This document shows, piece by piece, positions 18,951-28,931 of a stretch of DNA of 64,000 bases. Position 1 is the stretch's first letter. Every line of letters begins with the position of its first letter. The notes under the pieces were generated by a model. The model saw nothing but the letters and a program-made list of their open reading frames with translations. It did no database searches and was not told where the DNA came from. The position numbers and the translations under genes are program-made. Source of the stretch: an archaeon (GTDB lineage Archaea > Nanobdellota > Nanobdellia > Woesearchaeales > UBA9642); NCBI GenBank assembly GCA_020057295.1, contig JAGVGF010000005.1, positions 32,001 through 96,000 of the forward strand. Direction: 5' to 3'.

Positions 18951-19778
18951 TTAATATTTCTTCACCAAGTATCCGACATAATTGTAAAGTATTTCGGCTA
19001 GCTCGAATGTTAATCCTTCTACAAATGTTTTTTGTTCTAACTTATTTCTGAATGTTCTTAGTACTGAATATGCTTTTTCGAAATCGTTTGAATAAAGGCA
19101 TTTAGAATATTCTGCACAATTTATAGCAATAGTATTTGCAAGTTTAGTGTCTTTTTTTATTCTTTTAGCAATTTGTACAAGTACGTCGCCTGCAGATTCT
19201 ATCGTCGAACATAATAGGAAATGTCTGTATGAGTCTTGCTGTGTATTATATTTGTTGATGAATCTGAAACAATAATATATATTTGTATCTAGTAATCTTT
19301 CTTGATCTTTAACATCTTCAATAGTTAATTTTCCTTTAGATAAATCCTCTACTGATAATGCTAACTGTCCAAACATGTGTCCTATTCTTCGCAATATTGA
19401 GGAAATATCTGATTCTGGAACTGCAATCATACTTCTAAGAATGGATTTTGTTGCAGTATGCTTTTCTAGAATCATTCCAATTAAAAATCTTGAATGATAC
19501 TGAATTATTGATGGATTATCGTGTGTTATTGATATGGAATCATATCCTGAAATATATGCGCCAAGTATTGTATGCCATATCATTGATCGCTCAAATCCGG
19601 TTACATTTAGAGATATTTCTGAATGCTTTGATAATGCTCCTGCAGAAACTATTATCGAGGAGTCTTTGATGTCTAAATTTACTGAGTTTCCTGCCTTTAG
19701 TCCTTTTTGTTGAATCCATTTGGCTGGAAGCGTTACTGTTAATGCGTCTCGCCCTTGTTTTACTAGCTTTCTCTCCAT
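18951..19778 (-). CDS. AbrB-PhoU-type phosphate uptake regulator
   Basis: N-terminal ERKLVKQG..ALTVTLPAKW (AbrB/SpoVT), AYISGYD, helical PhoU-like C-terminus (IESAGD). Confidence 0.85.
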   Translation of the reverse strand: MERKLVKQGRDALTVTLPAKWIQQKGLKAGNSVNLDIKDSSIIVSAGALSKHSEISLNVTGFERSMIWHTILGAYISGYDSISITHDNPSIIQYHSRFLIGMILEKHTATKSILRSMIAVPESDISSILRRIGHMFGQLALSVEDLSKGKLTIEDVKDQERLLDTNIYYCFRFINKYNTQQDSYRHFLLCSTIESAGDVLVQIAKRIKKDTKLANTIAINCAEYSKCLYSNDFEKAYSVLRTFRNKLEQKTFVEGLTFELAEILYNYVGYLVKKY

Positions 19779-19807
19779 AAAAATAACCCCCAACAATCAA
19801 TAAATGC

Positions 19808-19836
19808 CTATGTTATATAACTAATATAACACATAG
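19808..19836. promoter_or_regulatory. Inverted repeat, candidate operator between divergent genes
   Basis: CTATGTTATAT-AACTA-ATATAAC-ACATAG. Confidence 0.4.
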
Positions 19837-19877
19837 AAATTATATATTTATATGTGTTTCGCTTATTTAGTATTGAG

Positions 19878-20771
19878 ATGAACAAAATGAAAACCTTAAC
19901 CGAAAAACAACTGGAAAAAATAATTCTAGACACGTGCTACGATGCAGGAAGATATGTTAAAGAAAGAGCATTCGGAGAGCTAGAAACACAATGGAAAAAG
20001 AAAGATGACCCTGTAACAAAACTAGATAGAGAAGCAGAACAAATCATAAGGAAAGCAATAACAAAACACATTGACGCAACAATCTATGGAGAAGAATATG
20101 GACAAAGCAGAGGAAAATCAGGAATCACGATTTATGTAGATCCTATAGACGGAACAAAATCTTTTGTAAAAAAAGAATTCTTTTCAAGCACAAGCATTGC
20201 AGCAGAGATAAATGGAGAAATAATGTTTGGATGCGTATACGACTTCATGAGAGGAATAATGTATTTCGCAAACAGAGAAGGTGCATTCATCACATACAAT
20301 GGAAAGACGTCAAAACTTCCAATGAAAGACATTCCAAAACTTAGCAAACCAGCAATCTACTTCAGAGATTCTGACGATGGTGAAAAAGATTTATCTGAAG
20401 AATTCGATGGACCTTACAATGTAAGAAAACAAATAGGATCAATCGCACTAACCATGGCACAATTAGCTTCTGGATCGTACAACGGAATGATATTATCTCC
20501 ACTAAAGCACGTAGGAACTCACGATATTGCAGCAGGATATTACATAATGAAGCAAGCAGGAGTATACATAACAAACTATAAACTCGAACCATTCGATCAC
20601 AAAAAACCATTAGAGGGAATAATAGCTCTCGATAAAAGAGTAAAGAAAGATGCTGTTGAAATAATAAAAGATAATACAGACCCTCAAAGAATCGCACAAC
20701 TTGAGAGAGAAAGAGAAGATTCTGTATTAAGAGCATATGCCGCTTGTGAAGAACGAAGGAGGTATGACTAA
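19878..20771 (+). CDS. Inositol monophosphatase family protein
   Basis: PVTKLD, GEE, VDPIDGTKSF, HDIAAG. Confidence 0.92.
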   Translation: MNKMKTLTEKQLEKIILDTCYDAGRYVKERAFGELETQWKKKDDPVTKLDREAEQIIRKAITKHIDATIYGEEYGQSRGKSGITIYVDPIDGTKSFVKKEFFSSTSIAAEINGEIMFGCVYDFMRGIMYFANREGAFITYNGKTSKLPMKDIPKLSKPAIYFRDSDDGEKDLSEEFDGPYNVRKQIGSIALTMAQLASGSYNGMILSPLKHVGTHDIAAGYYIMKQAGVYITNYKLEPFDHKKPLEGIIALDKRVKKDAVEIIKDNTDPQRIAQLEREREDSVLRAYAACEERRRYD

Positions 20772-21401
20772 ATGGGAAATACGATATATTTGATAAGACA
20801 TGGAGAAAGCCACCACAATAAGTACACAATGCATCTTGTTGGAGGACATCAAGAAGACAGTCCGTTAACAGAACTTGGAGAAAAACAAGCAGAAGCTCTT
20901 GGAAAGAGATTACAAACTGAAGGAATTGCATTTGATAGAATATATGCATCGACAATGAAGCGTGCAAGTAGCACTGCAGATATTGCATGTAAACAGCAAG
21001 GAATTCCACTTGAAAGAATAATTCGTACAGACAGGATTGTGGAATTAAATCATGGAAATGTAAATGGAAGATTAAGATCTGAAATATACACTCCAGAACT
21101 GAAAAAATATCTTGATGAAAACTCGTGGGAATTTAAAATGGAAGGCGGAGAGTCACAGCGAGGAGTTGCAGATAGAATGTATTCAGTAGTTGAAGAAATA
21201 CTTTCTGAAAACATACCAACAGCAGCAATATTCACTCACGGTACAGCAACTAAATGTTTGCTTAGAAAAATTTTAGAATTTAATCCAAAACATATTTACA
21301 GAACATACATCGATAACACATCAATAACAGAACTAAAATATGATAATGAAGGATGGCATCTAGTAAGATTAAACGACATAAATCATCTGAGAAATTTATA
21401 G
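20772..21401 (+). CDS. Histidine phosphatase (phosphoglycerate mutase family)
   Basis: LIRHGES, ST.KRA..TA, GGES, FTHG, NTSIT. Confidence 0.94.
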   Translation: MGNTIYLIRHGESHHNKYTMHLVGGHQEDSPLTELGEKQAEALGKRLQTEGIAFDRIYASTMKRASSTADIACKQQGIPLERIIRTDRIVELNHGNVNGRLRSEIYTPELKKYLDENSWEFKMEGGESQRGVADRMYSVVEEILSENIPTAAIFTHGTATKCLLRKILEFNPKHIYRTYIDNTSITELKYDNEGWHLVRLNDINHLRNL

Positions 21402-21462
21402 AATTGGAAAAGGAAAATTATAAAAAGAAAAAAAGAAAATAAAAAAAACTAAAAAAATTATT

Positions 21463-22509
21463 TTATTTCTTTCCAGAAACATACTTGAACAACTGATTAT
21501 CTTTGTCAAGAACCAATGTTGCACCCTTTGCATTATCTCTCATGACTTCTAGGCTTTTGGTGAAAGAGTAGAATTCTGGGTCGAGACTATATGTTTGCGC
21601 ATATATTCTGGTTGCTGTAGCATCTGCCTTACCCTTAATTTCTTCAGCTTTCTTGTAAGCTTCAGAAGTTATGCTCTGAAGTTCACGATTCTTCTCTCCC
21701 ATTATTTTTTGGTATTCACCATCTCCTTCTGAAAGATATTTCTGTGTTATCCTATTCCTTTCAGCAATCATTCTAGATTCTACACTTGCTTTTACTTGGT
21801 CAACATACACTATCCTTTTTATAAGGAAGTCTGTTACTGTAATTCCGTATGTTGCACATTGGTTGTTTACTTGAGCAGTTATGCTAGATACTAATTTTTC
21901 TCTACCATCATAGATTTGGTCTACTGCTACAGTACTCTCAAGTTCCTTGTCTGTTACAAGCATTTTTCTATTACTGCTTCGAATACTTTCTATCGCATCA
22001 CGCTTACTGATTTGCTCTCTGACAATTCCATCAACAACATCATCAAGTTTTCCGTGTCCTCTTGACTCATCACCACTTAGTGTTGCTAAGTAGATGAACG
22101 GATTATGGATATGCCATCTTGCAGTTCCATCTACAAAAAGATATTTTTTATCTTTTGTCGGAACTTGTTCTGGTGCACCATCCCATTCAAGCATTCTATG
22201 GTCGAAGTAGTGTACTGACTGCCATGGCATCTTTACTTTTAACCCTGCACCACTTTCATCAACGACAGGCATAGATACATTTTCTTTCAATACATAGTCT
22301 TGTATCTGTCTTTTTACTTGTGCATTGATTGAGTCTCTGTCTGCAGTGTTTGTCGCTATCGGATTTAATACTACTTCTACAGGTTTACCGAATGATGTTA
22401 TTACAGCTTGTTCCGTCTGATCAAGTCTATACAAAGTACTATTTGCAATTACTAGTGCAGATAATCCTATCGCTGTATTTCTGATTAGTTTCTTTATCAT
22501 GTTACTCAT
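21463..22509 (-). CDS. hflC: Protease modulator HflC (SPFH)
   Basis: EQAVITSFGKP, TKDKKYLFVD, RMIAER, SEG.GE, IYA..Y..DPEFYSF.KSL. Confidence 0.9.
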   Translation of the reverse strand: MSNMIKKLIRNTAIGLSALVIANSTLYRLDQTEQAVITSFGKPVEVVLNPIATNTADRDSINAQVKRQIQDYVLKENVSMPVVDESGAGLKVKMPWQSVHYFDHRMLEWDGAPEQVPTKDKKYLFVDGTARWHIHNPFIYLATLSGDESRGHGKLDDVVDGIVREQISKRDAIESIRSSNRKMLVTDKELESTVAVDQIYDGREKLVSSITAQVNNQCATYGITVTDFLIKRIVYVDQVKASVESRMIAERNRITQKYLSEGDGEYQKIMGEKNRELQSITSEAYKKAEEIKGKADATATRIYAQTYSLDPEFYSFTKSLEVMRDNAKGATLVLDKDNQLFKYVSGKK

Positions 22510-23663
22510 TTTGCACCTCCATCAAGGTCTAACTTTTTCAAAAGTAGACTCGAATTACCGTTGCCTTGTTCCAGATAGAATATCTGTTTGGAATTTTTCA
22601 AAATGTCCGGCATCGCTTCTAAGTACATTCTGTTTCTTGTTACTGCTGGTGCGTTCTTGTATTCTGCATAGATTTGTCTAAATCTTGCAACATCACCTTG
22701 TGCATTGTTGACTCTTTGTGAAGCATATCCTTCTGCATTTTGTATTGTTGCTAATGCATCTCCTCGAGCTTTTGGTATTTCCTTGTTGTATTGCTCCATA
22801 GCATTGTTGATTTTTTGTTGTTTCTCTTGCATTGCACTGTTTACTGCATTAAATGATGGTCTTACTCCTTCTGGAGGATTGCTAGACTGCAATTGTACAA
22901 GAACTACTTCTAATCCTGTATTGTACATTCGAAGTTTATCTTGTAGTTTTTTCTTGACATCTATTTCTATGTCTGCTCTTCCTGTTGTAAGAATTTCATC
23001 AATGCTTGCATCTCCAACAACTACTCTTGTTACTGCTTCAGATACATCTCTCAATGTCTTTTTTGCATTTCTTATGTTGAAACTATACGCTACAGGATCG
23101 CTTATCTTGTATTGTACAATCCATTCAACATCTGCCATGTTTAAATCTCCAGACAACATCAAATATTCTCCACGCAATATTGACCTGGCTTTCTCTGCTA
23201 AGTCTCCATCTGTAGAAAGTCCTTCTCCTTCGATAATTTCTTGAAGTTGGTCTTTTGATGCTGTTCCAGAATTTATTTCTGACACTCCAAGATATTCTGA
23301 TTTCACGCCAGGCTTTACTGATCTGAATCCGAATGATTCAGTAAATATTGCCTGATTCTGCACTTCATTTACGCTTTCAACCATTGGTATTAGAAAGTGT
23401 AATCCTGGTTTTGTTGTTCCTGAATATCTGCCGAATGTTTTTTCTATTCCTACACTATCGTTTGGTATTGTATAACAGCTTGCCATTGTTGTCATCAATA
23501 ATCCTGCTGTTGCTACACCAACTTTTACTTTCCTACTATATTTTTCCCAAAAATCTCTTAACATATACTCAGCACTATCTGAGTCTAGGTTGTTACGCCA
23601 ATCATCAGGCTTGGGATCGCTTGATGGTGGAGTCTCATCCATGTTCGTTGTTTTTCTTACCAT
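22506..23663 (-). CDS. hflK: Protease modulator HflK (SPFH)
   Basis: PGLHF, MLSGDLNMADVEWIVQY, PPEGVRPSFNAV, IPKARG, AEGY, VTRNRMYLE; overlaps hflC start. Confidence 0.92.
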   Translation of the reverse strand: MVRKTTNMDETPPSSDPKPDDWRNNLDSDSAEYMLRDFWEKYSRKVKVGVATAGLLMTTMASCYTIPNDSVGIEKTFGRYSGTTKPGLHFLIPMVESVNEVQNQAIFTESFGFRSVKPGVKSEYLGVSEINSGTASKDQLQEIIEGEGLSTDGDLAEKARSILRGEYLMLSGDLNMADVEWIVQYKISDPVAYSFNIRNAKKTLRDVSEAVTRVVVGDASIDEILTTGRADIEIDVKKKLQDKLRMYNTGLEVVLVQLQSSNPPEGVRPSFNAVNSAMQEKQQKINNAMEQYNKEIPKARGDALATIQNAEGYASQRVNNAQGDVARFRQIYAEYKNAPAVTRNRMYLEAMPDILKNSKQIFYLEQGNGNSSLLLKKLDLDGGAK

Positions 23664-23827
23664 TGTATTCACGCTCCAATATTTTTCTATCTAATCCTAA
23701 CTCGCCCCTAATTTCGATTCAATGCTTGTTGCACCCCCATCGACATAGCTATCGCTACATCGAACAATTATTTCACAAAAAAATTAAAAAATAAAGTTTA
23801 TAAGTTTAATTTATGGAAAAACTAAAA

Positions 23828-24130
23828 CTATTTTGTCGATGCATATTTTAGCATCAAAGTATCATTTGTTAATTTGGTTACATCATACTTCGAATTTCCA
23901 AAATATACTCCATCTACTGGTGCTATTTGTTGTGTATCAGTTCCGTTTTTACCTCTGATAGTTATTGATAAAGTACTATCGCTATTCAGACCAAGATATC
24001 TTGTAGGATAATGTTCTACGAATTCTGTTTCTCCTTTTACTAAAGTGTATTCTGGATTCTTATCACAGCTTGTTAATCCAAGCGATAACCCTAAAACTAT
24101 CATTCCTAATGTTTTCCTTATAGTATTCAT
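23828..24130 (-). CDS. Small lipoprotein, unknown function
   Basis: MNTIRKTLGMIVLGLSLGLTSC lipobox; SD-like GGAGG upstream. Confidence 0.65.
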   Translation of the reverse strand: MNTIRKTLGMIVLGLSLGLTSCDKNPEYTLVKGETEFVEHYPTRYLGLNSDSTLSITIRGKNGTDTQQIAPVDGVYFGNSKYDVTKLTNDTLMLKYASTK

Positions 24131-24160
24131 TTCAATCCCTCCCATATTTTCCGATTAGTT

Positions 24161-25204
24161 TTATAACTCCTTATTTAGTGTTAGATATCCGTCGACATTT
24201 TTTGTTCGTCCGTTGTAATTCACTTCTACCGATCCTTTTATTCCGCTAACGTTGAATTTATTGTAGTAGCTGGCGTAAACTCCTGTCTTTTTTGATGAAG
24301 ATTCAGATTCTGTTCCTATTCCTAGATATCCTAAAGTTGTTTTTATTCCTGGAAGTATTTTTGTTGTTGTGTTATTGTTGTTTTTTGTTACATCAAATCC
24401 TAGAGTGTAATCTCCTCTTGTTTGAGGGGGATTTAGATGAATGCTAAAGAACTGAGGCACAGTAAACAATTTAGTGATATTTGTTTGTGATTCTGCACTG
24501 TAAAATTTTTCATCTACATTTTCTGCAGCAGTTCTTGTTTTTATTTGCCAACTTCCATTATTGTTGTGTTTATACCATGTGAATTGTCCAAAATCTTTCG
24601 TATTTATTCCTGTAAATAATTGTTTAGCTGTTGGGAGATAGCTGACACTTGCGAACAACTTGTTTGTATGCATTGCAGTCCATCCATAGTAGCTGTTTTT
24701 TGTTTCGTTGTTCAATGGATCTTTTGTAACAAGTGCTCCTTCAAGACTTGCTTTTATTCCGTATGTTAACGGAATATTTTCTACTGTTCCTATTGCAAAT
24801 TGTCTTGGAATGCTTGTTTTTCTAAGGCTTGATCCTGCTTCTAAGCTGTAAGTAATGTTGTTATGATTTACGGTGCTCATTAAATCTAGGAACAATTCAT
24901 CTTTTCCATCAAAGTTTCCAGCATTTACAAGAATCCCTGTTATTGCAAGATTTTCTTTTTTTATGATATCAGTTAATGATAACATACTTACATCTGTCGT
25001 GTTAGATTCATGTTTTAACGTAACTTTTCCTACGTCTAGGCTTGTCATATGCATAGGCACTCCAGAAGGTGTTATACTTGTCTGTGTTGCTACTGATGTT
25101 TGTATTCTATTTTCTGCAACACCAGAAGTTTGTGCAGTTAATCCTGTATTTAACGCATATAGCATAGCTATTGATGTTATTATATTTCTAGCAATATTTT
25201 TCAT
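24161..25204 (-). CDS. Secreted beta-strand-rich hypothetical protein
   Basis: Signal peptide MKNIARNIITSIAMLYALNTGLTA; alternating aromatic/polar strands. Confidence 0.65.
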   Translation of the reverse strand: MKNIARNIITSIAMLYALNTGLTAQTSGVAENRIQTSVATQTSITPSGVPMHMTSLDVGKVTLKHESNTTDVSMLSLTDIIKKENLAITGILVNAGNFDGKDELFLDLMSTVNHNNITYSLEAGSSLRKTSIPRQFAIGTVENIPLTYGIKASLEGALVTKDPLNNETKNSYYGWTAMHTNKLFASVSYLPTAKQLFTGINTKDFGQFTWYKHNNNGSWQIKTRTAAENVDEKFYSAESQTNITKLFTVPQFFSIHLNPPQTRGDYTLGFDVTKNNNNTTTKILPGIKTTLGYLGIGTESESSSKKTGVYASYYNKFNVSGIKGSVEVNYNGRTKNVDGYLTLNKEL

Positions 25205-25381
25205 AGTATTCACGCCCCTTGATTGACGCATTTTTGCGTCTTATTTTTCCGTTAATCCCTTTTTGCCCTTTTGTTACTATTTTCTAATAGTAGAATAGAT
25301 AGACAAATATATCAAATATCTGTGCTTATTTTGGTGCAAAAAAGAAATATTTTTATATAAAATGTAAATAATGACTCAAAT

Positions 25382-26392
25382 ATGACTGAACTTGACTTAA
25401 AAGATAGAAAAATCCTTTATGAATTAGATAAGAATTGCCGTCAATCTAATAGTCAAATAGCAAAGAAAGTAAGATTGAGTAAAAACGCTGTGCGATACCG
25501 CATAGACAGGATGATTCAGAAAGGGATAATCAAGAAATTTCATACATTAATTAACATCGGAAAACTAGGATATACTGGCTTTCGAATATATGTTAATCTA
25601 AAAAACACTACATCAAAAATAGAAGAGGAAATAATACAATTCTTAAGAAACAGGTCTGAAGTAGTATGGATTGCAAGTCTTGAAGGAGAATATAATCTTG
25701 GGATGTTAATAGTTGCAAAAAATATACGGGAAATAGATAATGTGTGGAATCATTTAATAGAAAACTATATTAATTATTTCTATGAACGTGCACTATCTAT
25801 TGTTGTAAAATCTAGCTATTTTTCTATGGGATATATTATCGATAAAGAACGTAGCGATTATAAGATTACTACAACAACTCTTCCAGATGATAGTATAGAT
25901 AAGATAGACAAGCATATAGTGCAGATGCTTGCCGAAAATGCTAATATATCAATTGTAGAAATAGCAAATCATCTTGATTATAGTTCTAAAACTATAATTG
26001 AAAGAATAAAAAGACTTGAAAAGAAGGGAGTTATTGTTGCATACAAGGCGTTTATAGACTACGAAAAACTAGACTATCAACATTATAAGATAAGTTTCAT
26101 TCTTTCAAAGGTTAGTAAGGAAAAGGAAATGATATTTAGGGAATTCACTAAACAACACCCAAATATTGTAAATTATGAAAAACACATTGGTGGAGGAGAT
26201 GTAGAAATAGATATACATGTTAAAAACCACAGTCATCTTCGAAGAATATTAAGTGAGATTCGAGATAAATTTTCAGACATATTATACGATCACACAATAC
26301 TACAAGTGTATGAAGAACATAAAAATACATATTTCATTTCAGATGAACACAAATTAAGAGATAAAAAAAATTCAGTAGATAAGAAAAAATAA
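25382..26392 (+). CDS. Tandem (double) Lrp/AsnC family regulator
   Basis: LDLKDRKILYELDKNCR..SQIAKKV; second HTH at IDKIDKHIVQML. Confidence 0.92.
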   Translation: MTELDLKDRKILYELDKNCRQSNSQIAKKVRLSKNAVRYRIDRMIQKGIIKKFHTLINIGKLGYTGFRIYVNLKNTTSKIEEEIIQFLRNRSEVVWIASLEGEYNLGMLIVAKNIREIDNVWNHLIENYINYFYERALSIVVKSSYFSMGYIIDKERSDYKITTTTLPDDSIDKIDKHIVQMLAENANISIVEIANHLDYSSKTIIERIKRLEKKGVIVAYKAFIDYEKLDYQHYKISFILSKVSKEKEMIFREFTKQHPNIVNYEKHIGGGDVEIDIHVKNHSHLRRILSEIRDKFSDILYDHTILQVYEEHKNTYFISDEHKLRDKKNSVDKKK

Positions 26393-26407
26393 TTCTATAT
26401 TTATTCT

Positions 26408-26806
26408 TTATTTATACTTGAACGAATTATATAATATTATTAGATAGAATATTAATCCGTAAACACATGTTGGAACTCCTAGAGAATATGAACATCCTCC
26501 AGCACATGTGATTACGAAAAGTTCTTGATACATGAAGTATAATGCGAATAATACGCTGATTACTGATAAATATTTTAACATATTTTTTGCGATTACATCT
26601 TTAGGAAGTGCATTTAATGTAAGTGCTGAAATTAATAATGCTATAAAGAATATTAATCCATAAACGCACACAGGATATCCCCATAGAAATGGACATGGTT
26701 CTGTTAATGGACAGTATCCTAAAATCATTTTTGTAAATGTCAAGTATCCTGCAAATAATATTCCTGCAATTGATGCTCCTGTTATCCATACTAAGTTTTT
26801 GTTCAT
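26408..26806 (-). CDS. VKOR-like membrane disulfide-formation protein
   Basis: 4 TM segments; C-x5-C loop, GYPVCVYG, CAGGC and GVPTCVYG. Confidence 0.65.
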   Translation of the reverse strand: MNKNLVWITGASIAGILFAGYLTFTKMILGYCPLTEPCPFLWGYPVCVYGLIFFIALLISALTLNALPKDVIAKNMLKYLSVISVLFALYFMYQELFVITCAGGCSYSLGVPTCVYGLIFYLIILYNSFKYK

Positions 26807-26858
26807 GATGAATTTATGAATGACTTGTTTTTAAAGTTTATGAAAAAAATAAACTAAA

Positions 26859-27779
26859 TTATAGTCTTAATTTCATTCCTGGTGTTGCCATAACTATTTT
26901 AGATTCTAAACCAACCACAAGTGCATACTCTTGAGCTTTAGCATGCATTTCATCTATGAATTTATCGTCGTGTTCTGGATCATGGTGTGTTAATATTAAT
27001 ACTTCTGGCTGAACTTTTAACATGAAGTCTACTAATTGTTTGAAGTCTGCATGTCCCCATCCTGCTTTTGGAACTCCCTTTAGTCCGTACTGTGCAGGAT
27101 TTCTCTCCTCTGGTAAGTATTGGCAATCGTGTAGGATTATTTGAGAGTTCTTGTAAAAATCTCTTAATGTGTCATCTATGCTTTGCACTCCAAATTCGTG
27201 ATCTCCGCTGAATGCAAATATTTTTCCATTCTCATTAAATTTGTATGCAACACATCCTCCAGGATGGTTTGTTTGCTCGAAAGTTATATCTACGGATTTT
27301 GAGATTCTTTTCCCATTTAATGAGTAATGTATTTTTTTCGCCATCATAAATGGCACTGCATCTCCTGTACTTACTGCCTGATATGCTACAGGGAAGTATG
27401 CTTTATTCTGTCTTGTCCCGAGTAATTCTTCAACAACTCTTGGATCTGCATTTCCGTGTATATGGAATGTGTTTCTTGGATCATATAATGGTTTTAAGTA
27501 TGGTGTTCCTTCTGTATGGTCTGCATGGAAGTGTGTGATTAATACTGTATGTTCCTTGCCTTCTTTCGAGTAAGTTCCTCTATTGATTAAGTCTATTCCT
27601 GCCTGCGTGCTTCCGCTTCCTAGATCTACATGGATTAATTCATCGCCTTGTGGTTCAACAAGTAGTGATGTGGTATGTCCTCCGTATTTATCTGTATAAA
27701 AGCTTCTGCCTCTATCTGATGGGCTTGGATAACTTCCTCTTGTTCCGTATATTGTTATATTCATTTTCATCATCTCCAT
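26859..27779 (-). CDS. MBL-fold metallo-hydrolase (RNase Z/phosphodiesterase-like)
   Basis: GTRGS, YGGHT, THFHADH, HPGG, SGDHE, WGH, THHDP. Confidence 0.92.
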   Translation of the reverse strand: MEMMKMNITIYGTRGSYPSPSDRGRSFYTDKYGGHTTSLLVEPQGDELIHVDLGSGSTQAGIDLINRGTYSKEGKEHTVLITHFHADHTEGTPYLKPLYDPRNTFHIHGNADPRVVEELLGTRQNKAYFPVAYQAVSTGDAVPFMMAKKIHYSLNGKRISKSVDITFEQTNHPGGCVAYKFNENGKIFAFSGDHEFGVQSIDDTLRDFYKNSQIILHDCQYLPEERNPAQYGLKGVPKAGWGHADFKQLVDFMLKVQPEVLILTHHDPEHDDKFIDEMHAKAQEYALVVGLESKIVMATPGMKLRL

Positions 27780-27925
27780 TGTTTGTAATTGTTTATTATT
27801 TGTTAATATTATTCTGTTAATTCTGACTTATACTACTATAAGGTGTGTAGAATATATAAAATAAAACACTCTATTTTTATGAATAATTCTTAAAATTTAT
27901 ATATTAATTAAGCATTTTTCTTATT

Positions 27926-28927
27926 ATGAAGGTACTTTTTGAGAAAGAATCAACAATCAAGCTTGATGCTAAAGATTGGGCAATACTCAATGCTTTAATA
28001 GATAATGAACGTCAACCTATTTCTAAGATTGCAAAAAAATGTTTATTATCAAGACAGTCTGTTGATTACAGAATTAAGCAGATGACTGAAAATGGTTTGA
28101 TTACTGGTTATAGGACTGTTGTTGATGTAAAAAAGTTCGGATATAATTCGTATCACGTGTTTATTAATGTAAATAATAAGATTCAGGAAGCGTTATTAAA
28201 AAATTCTGCAGTACATTCTGAATCTGCAAATGCAATAATTAGTTATAAAGGAAAATATTGTTATGAATTATCTATAATGGCAAGAAACCCTGAAGAGTTT
28301 CAGAAAAAATATTCTGAAATTATTAAAGGAATATCAATAACTGATGATGAGCCGCTGCTTTTAGTAAAAACTGTAACAGGAAAGGTCCTTCCTGAAAAAT
28401 TTATTAAAAAGATTAAGAAACCGGAACAAAAGATTCCTGAAAAGAAACATGAAGAATACGTTGCAGATGAAATTGATATAAAATTACTTAAATTATTATC
28501 TAATAATGCTAACATAAATAATATTGCGCTTGCAAAAAAGTTAGAAATATCCAAAGATACTGTGACATACAGAATACGTAAATTAGTTAATTCTGGATAT
28601 ATAATAAATTTTAGGCCTGCAATAAATTATGATTCTATAGGATTATCAATCGAAACAGTTCTTTTAAAACTAAACACTCAAGATGGCATTGAAGAACTTG
28701 AAAAATATATGCGCGGTAATGATAATATTTTGTGGGCTGCAAGAACATTCGGCTCATATGATTATATAATATATATTTTAAGTGAAGATATTTCAGAATT
28801 TCACAAAACATTTAATCTATTTAAGGATAAGTTCGGGAATATGATACGAGATTATGAGTTATTATTTGCATACTCTCAAGAAAAATATTCATTCATGGCC
28901 GAGTGTATTGGCAAGGAAAAGGTATAA
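27926..28927 (+). CDS. Tandem (double) Lrp/AsnC family regulator
   Basis: LDAKDWAILNAL..NERQ..SKIAK; second HTH DEIDIKLLKLL..NA. Confidence 0.92.
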   Translation: MKVLFEKESTIKLDAKDWAILNALIDNERQPISKIAKKCLLSRQSVDYRIKQMTENGLITGYRTVVDVKKFGYNSYHVFINVNNKIQEALLKNSAVHSESANAIISYKGKYCYELSIMARNPEEFQKKYSEIIKGISITDDEPLLLVKTVTGKVLPEKFIKKIKKPEQKIPEKKHEEYVADEIDIKLLKLLSNNANINNIALAKKLEISKDTVTYRIRKLVNSGYIINFRPAINYDSIGLSIETVLLKLNTQDGIEELEKYMRGNDNILWAARTFGSYDYIIYILSEDISEFHKTFNLFKDKFGNMIRDYELLFAYSQEKYSFMAECIGKEKV

Positions 28928-28931
28928 AAAA

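Noticed and set aside
20362-23794. Longer antisense ORFs (20362-21009, 22705-23244, 23348-23794)
   Set aside because: Lie opposite confidently assigned phosphatase and hflK genes
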